From positions 1,408,001 through 1,472,000 of the forward strand of contig OZ244188.1 in assembly GCA_965216635.1 (NCBI GenBank): a stretch of 64,000 nt of DNA, written 5' to 3'. This document shows, piece by piece, positions 50,287-59,197 of the stretch. Source of the stretch: a bacterium. Its GTDB lineage: Bacteria > SAR324 > XYD2-FULL-50-16 > G965216635. A program made the position numbers and the translations under genes. The notes beneath the pieces were generated by a model. It had not been told where the DNA came from. It did no database searches and saw only the letters and a program-made list of their open reading frames with translations. The first letter of the stretch is position 1. Every line of letters begins with the position of its first letter.

Positions 50287-50346
50287 TTTTTATTTTTTCT
50301 GCTTATTTTTATAAAATAGTTACATAAAAACACTTTAAAAGCAAAT

Positions 50347-50644
50347 AAAAAAAAACAAATGCGTTGCGGGGAGGTATTTTTTATTTTATGTAGGTCTGTA
50401 GAGACGTCCTATATGGGCGTCTCATAAATTTAGAACGTTTATTAAAATATGTAGGTCTGTAGAGACGTCCTATATGGGCGTCTCTTAACGTTTATTAAAA
50501 ACAGCTTTTTGTGGTTTATGCACATCGTATAAGACGCCCTATATGGGCGTCTCATAAATTTAGAACGTTTATTAAAAACAGCTTTTTGTGGTTTATGCAC
50601 ATCGTATAAGACGCCCTGTAGGGCGTCTCTACATGTTATGCTAT
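50347..50644. repeat. REP-like palindrome array 2 (4 palindromes), direct repeat of array 1
   Basis: Same leader caaatgcgttgcggggagg, same units, same terminal agacgccctgtagggcgtctctacatgttatgctat. Confidence 0.93.
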
Positions 50645-50709
50645 TATAAAAATGTCCCCTGTAGTTTTGTTTTTTTGGCTGTTTTTGGCGGGGACTTTAT
50701 TTTAGGGTA

Positions 50710-50890
50710 TTTTTTTTAACGGCGTAGTGCCACAATAATGGAATCAGGGCACTACAAAACTTGCATAATCCAAAAAGTAGTGTAAAAGAGCCACTAGCTA
50801 TTTTACTAAAGCTTGTATAAAGTGACAGTAAAAAGCTTGTTTTGGCTAAACAGCTTGTTTGGTCCTATTTGGCAAATTCAAATGTCTATA
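50710..50890. repeat. Partial MITE-like element (right part)
   Basis: ggcgtagtgcc..gcactacaaaacttgc..ttggctaaacagc..ggcaaattcaaatgtctata. Confidence 0.8.
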
Positions 50891-50922
50891 GTGTTTTAAA
50901 AACACAAACTGATATTAAAAAA

Positions 50923-52167
50923 GTGAATAACAAAAAATCTATTGTATCTTGGGCTCTTTACGATTGGGCAAATAGCGCTTTCACAACCACAGTTGTTTCT
51001 GGTTTTTTTCCTCTTTTTTTAAAATTTTATTGGGCTTCCGATTTGGATCCACAAGAAAGCACCTACTATCTAGGTTTGGGTAATAGTCTAGCCGCACTTG
51101 TGCTCTTTATTTTATCTCCTTTGCTAGGAGCCATTTCAGACAAAGGAGAAAATAAAAAAAAATTTCTCTTCTTTTTTGCTAGTTTGGGAATTATCACCTG
51201 CGCATGTTTGGCAAAAGTTCCGATGGGACACTGGCAGTGGGCGATGTTCTTTTATATTTTGGCGTTTATTGGTTTCGCAGGAGGAGATACTTTTTATAAC
51301 GCCTTATTACTAAATATCACCAAACAAACAGACTATGTTTCTAGTTTGGGTTATGCTCTAGGCTACATAGGAGGCGGATTGCTCTTTGCAATCTGCGTTC
51401 TACTTTATCTCCAACCTACTTGGTTAGGATTGAGTAGTGGCACAGCTGGGATTCAGATTTCCTTTGTTGTTGTCTCTATTTGGTGGGCAATTTTTTCAAT
51501 ACCTATTTTCTTATTCGTTCGCGAAAAAAAAAAATCTCTAACCATTCCTTGGCGAACTAAAATTCAAACAGGCGTAGCTCAAGTTTTTCTCACTTTAAGA
51601 AAAATAAAAACACACAAACCTATCTTTTATTTTCTCATTGCCTATTGGTTTTATATTGATGGAGCCATAACTATAACAAAAATGGCAGTAGATTACGGAA
51701 TAGCTTTGGGTTTTCCTGCTTCGTCTTTAATTATTGCTTTATTGCTAGTGCAATTTATTGCTTTCCCCGCCACTTTTATAAACTACAAAATAGGAAAAAA
51801 AATCGGAATAAAAAAAGCTATCTTGTGTTTTATTTTTGGGTATGTAGCTGTGACTTTTTTAGGAGTGTTGATGACTAAAGTTATTCACTTCTACCTTTTA
51901 GCCATAGCAGTAGGTTGTTTTCAAGGAGGCTTGTTTGCTTTAAGCCGTAGCTATTACGCCAGCTTAATTCCTAAAAAACAGTCTGGTGAATTTTACGGTT
52001 TTTATAGTATGTGGACTAAATTCGCTGCTTTGTTAGGTCCTCTTCTTGTGGGACTTGTAGCCAAATATAGCGGTAGTGCTAGAATTTCTATTTTATCTAC
52101 TGTTATTCTTTTTTTTATTGGAGCTTTTTTGTTTGCTAAATTTGTAGACAACCCCTCACCAAAATAG
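50923..52167 (+). CDS. MFS transporter (UMF1/Atg22-like)
   Basis: SWALYDWANSAF, VSSLGYALGYIGG, ALSRSYY..LIP....GEFYG; GTG at 50923 lies outside the repeat. Confidence 0.9.
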   Translation: MNNKKSIVSWALYDWANSAFTTTVVSGFFPLFLKFYWASDLDPQESTYYLGLGNSLAALVLFILSPLLGAISDKGENKKKFLFFFASLGIITCACLAKVPMGHWQWAMFFYILAFIGFAGGDTFYNALLLNITKQTDYVSSLGYALGYIGGGLLFAICVLLYLQPTWLGLSSGTAGIQISFVVVSIWWAIFSIPIFLFVREKKKSLTIPWRTKIQTGVAQVFLTLRKIKTHKPIFYFLIAYWFYIDGAITITKMAVDYGIALGFPASSLIIALLLVQFIAFPATFINYKIGKKIGIKKAILCFIFGYVAVTFLGVLMTKVIHFYLLAIAVGCFQGGLFALSRSYYASLIPKKQSGEFYGFYSMWTKFAALLGPLLVGLVAKYSGSARISILSTVILFFIGAFLFAKFVDNPSPK

Positions 52168-52237
52168 CCCGAGAGCAGAATTGAACTGCCGACCTCTTCC
52201 TTACCAAGGAAACGCTCTACCACTGAGCTACACGGGC
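52166..52237 (-). tRNA. tRNA-Thr(GGT)
   Basis: Reverse complement gcccgtgtagctcagtggtagagcgtttcctTGGTaaggaagaggtcggcagttcaattctgctctcgggct folds as a cloverleaf. Confidence 0.93.
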
Positions 52238-52365
52238 ATCGTTGCTTTAATTAGTTTTCCCTTAAAAAATCCCAATTTTCACTCCAAACAGCTTGCGTTA
52301 CTTAAAATTTTTTCTTGCTTTAAAAAAACTAGAAAAAAAGTCTCAGAAGGCGTCGTATTTTGTTT

Positions 52366-52414
52366 GCGAGAAAACGATATTCCGCTACCCGCGCAAAGTC
52401 ACAGATATCCCCGC
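52366..52414 (-). pseudogene. Possible decayed tRNA-Gly remnant
   Basis: GC-rich patch at the canonical Gly position, with both acceptor-stem-like ends but no anticodon arm. Confidence 0.3.
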
Positions 52415-52451
52415 TTCTTATCTTTGATATGCGTTGGCGAAAGGATAAATT

Positions 52452-52533
52452 TGGGGAGAGAAGGATTCGAACCTACGAAGGCGATGCCGACAGATTTACA
52501 GTCTGTTCCCTTTGGCCACTTGGGTATCTCCCC
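52452..52533 (-). tRNA. tRNA-Tyr(GTA)
   Basis: ggggagatacccaagtggccaaagggaacagactGTAaatctgtc..ggttcgaatcc; long variable arm. Confidence 0.95.
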
Positions 52534-52545
52534 TAATACTAAAAA

Positions 52546-52618
52546 AGCTGGCGATGGGACTTGAACCCGCAACCTGCTGATTACAAATCAGCTGCTCTAC
52601 CAATTGAGCTACGCCAGC
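52546..52618 (-). tRNA. tRNA-Thr(TGT)
   Basis: gctggcgtagctcaattggtagagcagctgattTGTaatcagcaggttgcgggttcaagtccc. Confidence 0.95.
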
Positions 52619-52780
52619 ATTTTTATAAGCGATATTTAGTAAATATCATTTTTATTATCAAAAAACAATAGAAAATATTTACTTTTTGTCGTACAAGAAT
52701 TTTTCTGTTTTGCATTATTTTTGCTTAATCAGTTATAACCATAATGGTGAAAATTTTTAAAAAAAAATAAACCTAAAATT

Positions 52781-55393
52781 ATGAACCCTCAAATTTTTTC
52801 AGTTTCTGGTAAAGATATTCTCTACAATGCAAAACAGATTGCTATCACAAATTGTCACGAGAGACTTACAATCATTCATATTGCTTTAGCTATTTTTAGA
52901 AGCAAAGATTTTCAGCTTACAGAAATTTTTCAAAAACTGAAAGTAGATTTAGATTCTCTTAGAGCATGTTTGCGACAAGAGCTATCAAGTATTCCTCAAA
53001 AAAATATCCTACAAAAAATTATTTATTCTACAAGAACAGAAAAACTAGTAAATTTAGCTATTCAAAAAAGAGACGCAGATAAACATGTTTCAGCGAAGCA
53101 TTTTCTACTTGCCGTTTGCGAACTTGCAGAAAACGGCTTAAAGGAGCTTTTGACAAAAAATAATCTTCAAGCAGAGACTATTACAGAGCTGTTAAAAGAA
53201 AAACAACCAAGTAGGATTACTGACAGTTTTAAGAATGGCAGTAAAGAAGAAAAATCTAACTCTTCTGAGAATAAAACAACTCCTAAAAAAGAAAATTTTA
53301 TTCAAGATTATTGCATAGATTTAGTGAAAAAAGTTGATCAAGGCAAAATGGATCCTGTGATTGGCAGAGACGAAGAATTGAGAAATCTCATTCAAGTGCT
53401 TTTAAGAAGAAGAAAAAACAACCCGATGCTCATTGGGGAACCTGGCGTAGGAAAAACTGCATTAGTGGAAGCTTTGGCAAAAAGAATTTATGAAGGAGAT
53501 GTTCCAGAACATTTACAGGATGTCCAACTTTTGGAATTAGATCTAAGCAAAATGCTTGCAGGCTCTAGATACAGAGGAGACTTTGAAAAAAGAATTAAAG
53601 GAGTAATAGAAGAAATAGTGTCCCTTAAAAAAGGGGCAGTTTTATTTATAGATGAATTACACACTCTGGTGGGGGCTGGTTCTACAGAGGGAGGTCTGGA
53701 TGCTTCTAATATGTTTAAGCCTGCTTTAGCGAGAGGAGAACTTCATTGTATCGGAGCCACAACTCTAAAAGAATACAAAAAAAAAATAGAACCAGATTCT
53801 GCATTAACTAGGAGATTTCAAACCATAGTCATAAAAGAACCAGATAAACAAAACTGTGTTGGGATATTAAGAGGACTGAAAGAAAAATATGAATTGCACC
53901 ATGGGGTCCGAATTCAAGATGCTGCTATTGTAGCTGCTAGCGAGCTTTCCGATAGATATGTCAATCATAGATTTTTACCCGATAAAGCTATAGATTTAAT
54001 TGATGAAGCAGCGTCTAAAATGCGTATGGAAATAGATTCTATGCCGATAGAAATAGATTTACTAGATAGAAAAATTTTACAACTAGAAATTGAAAAAACA
54101 GCTTTAAAGAAAGAAAAAGATGATGCTTCTAAAAAAAGACTCCAAGAAATTGAAAATGAAATTTCTACTGGTCAAGAAAAAAGAGATACTTCCAAAAAAC
54201 AGTGGCTAGAGGAAAAAAATGTTATAGAAAAAAATAGAAAAATAAAAGAAGAAATTGAAAAAAAAAAAAAAGAGGAACTAGACGCACAAAGACAAGGCAA
54301 TTTGGAATTGGCTGCAGAAATAAGATACGGAGATTTGACTCAACTCCATAAAGAGCAACAAGAAATCAATCAAAAAATAGATAACTTCGGAGAAAAAAGA
54401 TTCTTAAAAGAAGAGGTAGGTAGAGAGGAAGTTTGTGCGGTGCTTTCTAAATGGACAGGTATTCCTTTAGAAAAAATGTTGCTCTCCGAAAAAGAAAAAC
54501 TTTTGAGTTTAGAACAACATTTACAAAAAAGAGTAGTCGGACAAGAAACCGCCATCAACGCTGTTTCTAACTCTGTGCGTAGAGCCAGAACCTACATAGA
54601 TGACCCGCGCAAACCTTCTGGTTCCTTTTTCTTCTTTGGTCCTACAGGTGTCGGAAAAACAGAATTGGTAAAAGCTCTAGCAGATATTCTTTTTAAAGAC
54701 GAACAAGTTATTATCCGCTTAGATATGTCAGAATATATGGAAAAACATACCATTTCTCGCTTAATAGGTGCTCCCCCCGGCTATGTGGGTTATGGTGAAG
54801 GAGGATTGCTTACAGAAGCTGTACACCGCAACCCTTATTCCATTGTACTTTTTGATGAAATTGAAAAGGGGCATCCTGAAGTTTTTAATATTTTGCTGCA
54901 AATTTTAGACGAAGGAACTCTAACAGACTCCAAAGGTTTAAAAGTGAGTTTTAAAAATACCCTTGTAATTCTTACCAGCAATTTTGGTAGCCATATATTT
55001 TTTGAAGAAAACAAAAGACTAACCCCAGCTATTGCTCGTGAAATTTTACTACAAAAATTCAAACCAGAATTGCTCAATCGGGTAGACGAGATTATCCCTT
55101 TTTATCCTTTGAGAAAAGATGATATATTAGAAATTATTGGGATTCATTTTCAAAATGTGCAGAAAAATTTACGCAATCAAAATATAGAAGTTAGCATTAC
55201 TCAAGAAACTCTGCATTACTTAGTAGAAATTGGTTTTGATAAAGAATTCGGAGCTAGACCTTTACGCAGAATTGTACAAAAAGAATTATTAGATATTATT
55301 GCCTATAAAATAGTGGACGGCACTATCCAAGAAAACGATAAAATTGAAGTTCGCTATGCAAACAAACATTTAACTCTACACCGCGTTCGCTAA
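52781..55393 (+). CDS. clpB: Chaperone ClpB
   Basis: DPVIGRDEE, GEPGVGKT, coiled-coil M domain, GPTGVGKTEL, RLIGAPPGYVG. Confidence 0.95.
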   Translation: MNPQIFSVSGKDILYNAKQIAITNCHERLTIIHIALAIFRSKDFQLTEIFQKLKVDLDSLRACLRQELSSIPQKNILQKIIYSTRTEKLVNLAIQKRDADKHVSAKHFLLAVCELAENGLKELLTKNNLQAETITELLKEKQPSRITDSFKNGSKEEKSNSSENKTTPKKENFIQDYCIDLVKKVDQGKMDPVIGRDEELRNLIQVLLRRRKNNPMLIGEPGVGKTALVEALAKRIYEGDVPEHLQDVQLLELDLSKMLAGSRYRGDFEKRIKGVIEEIVSLKKGAVLFIDELHTLVGAGSTEGGLDASNMFKPALARGELHCIGATTLKEYKKKIEPDSALTRRFQTIVIKEPDKQNCVGILRGLKEKYELHHGVRIQDAAIVAASELSDRYVNHRFLPDKAIDLIDEAASKMRMEIDSMPIEIDLLDRKILQLEIEKTALKKEKDDASKKRLQEIENEISTGQEKRDTSKKQWLEEKNVIEKNRKIKEEIEKKKKEELDAQRQGNLELAAEIRYGDLTQLHKEQQEINQKIDNFGEKRFLKEEVGREEVCAVLSKWTGIPLEKMLLSEKEKLLSLEQHLQKRVVGQETAINAVSNSVRRARTYIDDPRKPSGSFFFFGPTGVGKTELVKALADILFKDEQVIIRLDMSEYMEKHTISRLIGAPPGYVGYGEGGLLTEAVHRNPYSIVLFDEIEKGHPEVFNILLQILDEGTLTDSKGLKVSFKNTLVILTSNFGSHIFFEENKRLTPAIAREILLQKFKPELLNRVDEIIPFYPLRKDDILEIIGIHFQNVQKNLRNQNIEVSITQETLHYLVEIGFDKEFGARPLRRIVQKELLDIIAYKIVDGTIQENDKIEVRYANKHLTLHRVR

Positions 55394-56052
55394 TGAAACG
55401 CACAATTATCGTAGGAGACATTCATAGTTGTGCAGACGAGCTGATAGAGTTATTGGATAAAGTTAAATTCCAAAAAGAAAAAGAACGTTTGATTTTTATA
55501 GGAGATTTACTGGGAAAAGGTAGCAAACCGCTTGAGACTTTTCTGATTTATAAGCAAACAGAAGCAATCTGTATTATGGGCAATGCCGAATTAGCCTTTC
55601 TTAAGCATAGTAAAGATCCAAGTTTTTTAAAAGAATACATAGAGCCCACCAAAAAAGCTTTAGGCAAACACTACACAGATTTTATCAATCAAGCCTATTC
55701 ATTTCCGCACTATCTAGAAGAAAAAGATTTTATCGCCGTTCACGCAGGATTACTGCCAAATAAAAAACCACAACATACGGATTTAGAAAAATTGGCGAAA
55801 ATCAGAAAAGTAGCTGATCCCCAAAACCCTAAAAAACTAAAAAGCTGGTTTGATTTTTACAAAGGAAAAAAACTCATTGTTTTCGGGCACTGGGCAGCTT
55901 TGAATGGAATAGTAAGAGACAATGTGATTGGTTTAGATACAGGCTGTGTCTACGGGAAAAAGCTCACTGCCCTTGTTTTATCCAATGACACTCCACCAAA
56001 AAGAGAAATCGTATCCGTACAAGCAAAAAAACAATACTTGGCTATTGAGTAG
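55393..56052 (+). CDS. Metallophosphoesterase (ApaH/PrpE-like)
   Basis: GDIH, GDLL.KG, MGN, VHAG, FGHW, GLDTGCVYG. Confidence 0.9.
   Translation: MKRTIIVGDIHSCADELIELLDKVKFQKEKERLIFIGDLLGKGSKPLETFLIYKQTEAICIMGNAELAFLKHSKDPSFLKEYIEPTKKALGKHYTDFINQAYSFPHYLEEKDFIAVHAGLLPNKKPQHTDLEKLAKIRKVADPQNPKKLKSWFDFYKGKKLIVFGHWAALNGIVRDNVIGLDTGCVYGKKLTALVLSNDTPPKREIVSVQAKKQYLAIE
55942..56018 (+). repeat. 77-bp direct repeat, copy 1 (within the phosphoesterase 3' end)
   Basis: Matches 58144-58220 with one mismatch. Confidence 0.95.
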
Positions 56053-56057
56053 TTTTT

Positions 56058-56728
56058 TTAAGTTTCTTGCTTTTCATTTTTAAAAATATAATGGTGTCGT
56101 GTGGGAGTATTTTTAATTAAATTAAAATGACAATCTTTATATTTGAATCTAAAAGACTTACCGAACACTTTACCAGCCTTAATAATATCACTTTTATAAA
56201 TATCCTTTAATTCTCCGTTGGGAATACTAATAAGTGCTACTGATTCAATTTCTAAGGTTTCAGAGTTATAAACAACACTTAAAATATAGGTTAAACAAAT
56301 TTTTTCTTCCTCTTGCCTTTGTTATAATGTGTAGGTAAATTTGAACTAAAAGCTTTACTTGGATAACTAGTTTGATTTTGTCCTATGGGTATACTATTTT
56401 TATAATCAGATGTATTTTCTATTTTACAGGTTTTTATGTCTATATGAATAAAAGCATTGTAAGTTTCAAATAATAAATCTGCTCCGATAGGAGTTGAGTT
56501 TGGTATACCTAATTGATTAAAAAGCCAAAAATAAATCCTTTCTGCTCCTCTAGAAAAATCTGAAGTTTGCTGCGCAGATTTTTTGAATATTTTTTCCCAA
56601 TCATTCTTTATCTTATCGCTAGACTTTAAGCCCGCCAGCATTTTATCTATATCTTGTTTTAGAGTATAGATAATTGCCTTAAAATAATGATATTCCCATT
56701 TTTCTATACACTTTTTATCTAGGGGCAT
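56058..56728 (-). pseudogene. Frameshifted type II restriction endonuclease (BglI/SfiI-like)
   Basis: PIGAD..HIDIK..NQTS; reading continues in another frame after about 56300 as ICLTYILSVVY..LISIPNG..AGK..SFRF to the stop at 56058. Confidence 0.75.
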
Positions 56729-57957
56729 ATGTCAATTTTATTTATTCTTTTTTGCATTATAGGAATAAAATCTTTTTGAATATCAATCAAAATAGATCTT
56801 TTATTTAATCTCTGATCTACAACTCCAGTAGTTCCGCTCCCTGCAAAGGGGTCTAAAACAATACCACTTGGAGGACAACAAGCTTTTATCGCTAGCTCTG
56901 GTATGCTTTCTGGAAATACTGCAAAATGATTATCATTACTTTTAGCTGTATTAGAAACAAATAAATCACTAGGGTTTTTTCCTTTTGGGTGGTGTTTAAC
57001 TAATTGAAGTTCTTTATGTTCTGTGGTCAGCTCTTTGTCGTATTTATCACTAAATCTAAGTATTTTTTTTAACGCTATCCAATCTTCTTTTGAGGGATAA
57101 GAAAAACCAGCATCTAATCTAAACCAGTGCGATACTTTATACTTATATTCATTATAGCCTAATATATTAACTAAATCATTTTTTGTTAGATTGTTTTCTT
57201 TTAAACATTGATTGAAATAACTAACAAGATCTGTTTTAGAAACTTTTATTTTTCTTTTGATAGTATATTTATTTCCATTGATAGAAATTCTAGCACCAGG
57301 CGATTGCCCTAAATTTTTTGTTTCTCCAACAAATTTACCGTTATAATTTAATTTAGGAGCTTGTTCTTTTTGAGTGGTCTTATGTGGAATTCTAATAGAA
57401 TCTAAATCAAAATAAATTTGTTTTTCCCAATCATTTTTAGAAAAAAAATAGATAAATTCGTAACTATTGGAAAATCTACTTTTAACTGGCGATGGCATTG
57501 CATTCGGTTTATGCCAAATAATTTGGTTTCTGATTAACCAACCCTGCTCTTGCATTCCAATTGCTACTCTTTGAGGAATCATTTGCAAACTTTGATTTGT
57601 ATAACTATCCCCTATATTTAAAAAAAATGCCCCATCATCTTTCAAAACTCTTAAAAAATCATTAAAAATTAATACAAGTTTTTTAACATATTCTTCAGGT
57701 TTTTTTTCTGCTCCTATCTGCTCTCCATTATAGTAATCTTTTAAATTCCAATAAGGCGGGGAAGTGACTATAACAGAAATACTTTTATCAGGGATTTTTT
57801 TTATAGCCTTTGTTATATTATCAATAATTACCAAAGGAACAGTTGACGTGGGTAAGTTAATATATTCTCCTAATTTTAACTCTAAACCCATTTTTTGTTT
57901 AGGTAGAATATAATTATAACTGTTCTGTAATTGTCTTTTTTCGGCAACTTGAAACAT
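56719..57957 (-). CDS. Site-specific DNA methyltransferase (beta class, probably N4-cytosine)
   Basis: VTSPPYW, IIWHKPNAMP, HFAVFP, DPFAGSGTT. Confidence 0.92.
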   Translation of the reverse strand: MFQVAEKRQLQNSYNYILPKQKMGLELKLGEYINLPTSTVPLVIIDNITKAIKKIPDKSISVIVTSPPYWNLKDYYNGEQIGAEKKPEEYVKKLVLIFNDFLRVLKDDGAFFLNIGDSYTNQSLQMIPQRVAIGMQEQGWLIRNQIIWHKPNAMPSPVKSRFSNSYEFIYFFSKNDWEKQIYFDLDSIRIPHKTTQKEQAPKLNYNGKFVGETKNLGQSPGARISINGNKYTIKRKIKVSKTDLVSYFNQCLKENNLTKNDLVNILGYNEYKYKVSHWFRLDAGFSYPSKEDWIALKKILRFSDKYDKELTTEHKELQLVKHHPKGKNPSDLFVSNTAKSNDNHFAVFPESIPELAIKACCPPSGIVLDPFAGSGTTGVVDQRLNKRSILIDIQKDFIPIMQKRINKIDICP

Positions 57958-58143
57958 TTTTTAATTGAAAAAATTTATTTGAATCAAAGGTCCTGTGGAT
58001 AATGATTAGAGACTGAAAGAGTAAAACTAAATTTCAAAAAATACAATTTTTTTTATCCAATTTTATAAAAAAGAAATAGAAATTTATTAGATATTTTTGT
58101 TATAAAAGAGTTTTACCTATGTCTAAATATTTAAAAGTGATTT

Positions 58144-58220
58144 GGCTGTGTCTACGGGAAAAAGCTCACTGCCCTTGTTTTATCCGATGACACTCCACCA
58201 AAAAGAGAAATCGTATCCGT
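58144..58220 (+). repeat. 77-bp direct repeat, copy 2
   Basis: Duplicate of 55942-56018. Confidence 0.95.
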
Positions 58221-58421
58221 GACAGAGGAAAAGGATTAGCACAACTATTGCATTTAATACAAGAAAAAGGAGAAATGATCATTATAAGTAATAGAGACTA
58301 TTGCAAATTTTCTTTTAAAAATGATAAACTTCAATCTGAAACCCATAGTAGTAGTATTCCCTTGAAAGGAACTTTAATACAGTGGAGATTGCCTTATAAT
58401 CAATTAACTAAAAACAAATAA
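58221..58421 (+). pseudogene. 3' remnant of a HATPase/GHKL-like gene
   Basis: Startless frame DRGKGLAQLL..MIIISN..LKGTLIQWRL ends just before the STAS-like gene. Confidence 0.6.
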
Positions 58422-58425
58422 AAAA

Positions 58426-58776
58426 ATGGAATTAAGTATAGCAAAAAATTTTTCCGATATACCTATTGGACGCTACGAAACAGATAGTGATTTTAGTGGA
58501 GAGCATTTTAGAGATAAATATCTAAAACCTAAACTAGAAGAACTTTCTAATGGGGAAAAATTAGTTGTAGATATTAGAGAAATAGAAGGTTATGGTTCTT
58601 CTTTTTTAGAAGAAGCTTTTGGTGGTCTTGTTCGCAAAGGTTATTTTAGTAGCGATCAATTACAAGAAAAACTAAAAATTAAAGACGATGAAATCTATGC
58701 AATCTATACTAGACTTATATGGAAATATATAAAAGAAGCAGGACACATCAAAAAGCAAAATAATGCTAGCAAATAG
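58426..58776 (+). CDS. STAS-like domain protein (DUF4325-like)
   Basis: P.GRY..D..FSGE.FR, GYGSSFLEEAFGGLVR. Confidence 0.8.
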   Translation: MELSIAKNFSDIPIGRYETDSDFSGEHFRDKYLKPKLEELSNGEKLVVDIREIEGYGSSFLEEAFGGLVRKGYFSSDQLQEKLKIKDDEIYAIYTRLIWKYIKEAGHIKKQNNASK

Positions 58777-59197
58777 TGCTATTATTTCTGCTATTGTTGC
58801 AGTTATTATTTCTTTTATTCTTAATCTTGTGCAAATTCATTTTTTCACAAAAAAAGAAAATAAAAGAAAAGATTTAGAATATTTCTTTCAAAAATTAGAA
58901 GAATTAGATGTTTTTTGCTTTAAATATTGGCATAGAGGAGAAAAGGAAGATAAATTTTTGATTGCTACTAAAATAAAGTATAGAACTTTTTTGTTTTCCT
59001 CTTTACTCAAAAGTATTGAAAAAAAATATAGACTTAAAAACAGCACACCCATTTGGAATTCACTTGATAATCTTCTAGATTCTGCTACGAATGAAAGTTT
59101 CGAAGGAATCAAACATCAAAAAAATCCTAAAACCTACCAAAAGATCACAAAAATAATTAACGAATTACACAGAAATATTCTAGCATATATTTGGTGA
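58763..59197 (+). CDS. Hypothetical protein with N-terminal TM helix
   Basis: Hydrophobic N-terminus; overlaps the STAS-like gene. Confidence 0.65.
   Translation: MLANSAIISAIVAVIISFILNLVQIHFFTKKENKRKDLEYFFQKLEELDVFCFKYWHRGEKEDKFLIATKIKYRTFLFSSLLKSIEKKYRLKNSTPIWNSLDNLLDSATNESFEGIKHQKNPKTYQKITKIINELHRNILAYIW

Noticed and set aside
48070..50644. CRISPR array
   Set aside because: The intervening sequences are two recurring linkers, not unique spacers, and no cas genes are in the window
48070..50644. Integron attC cassette array
   Set aside because: No IntI-type integrase, and the hairpins lack the attC R-box/L-box organisation
52002..52564. ORFs 52002-52223 and 52181-52564
   Set aside because: Shadows of the tRNA genes and the MFS gene
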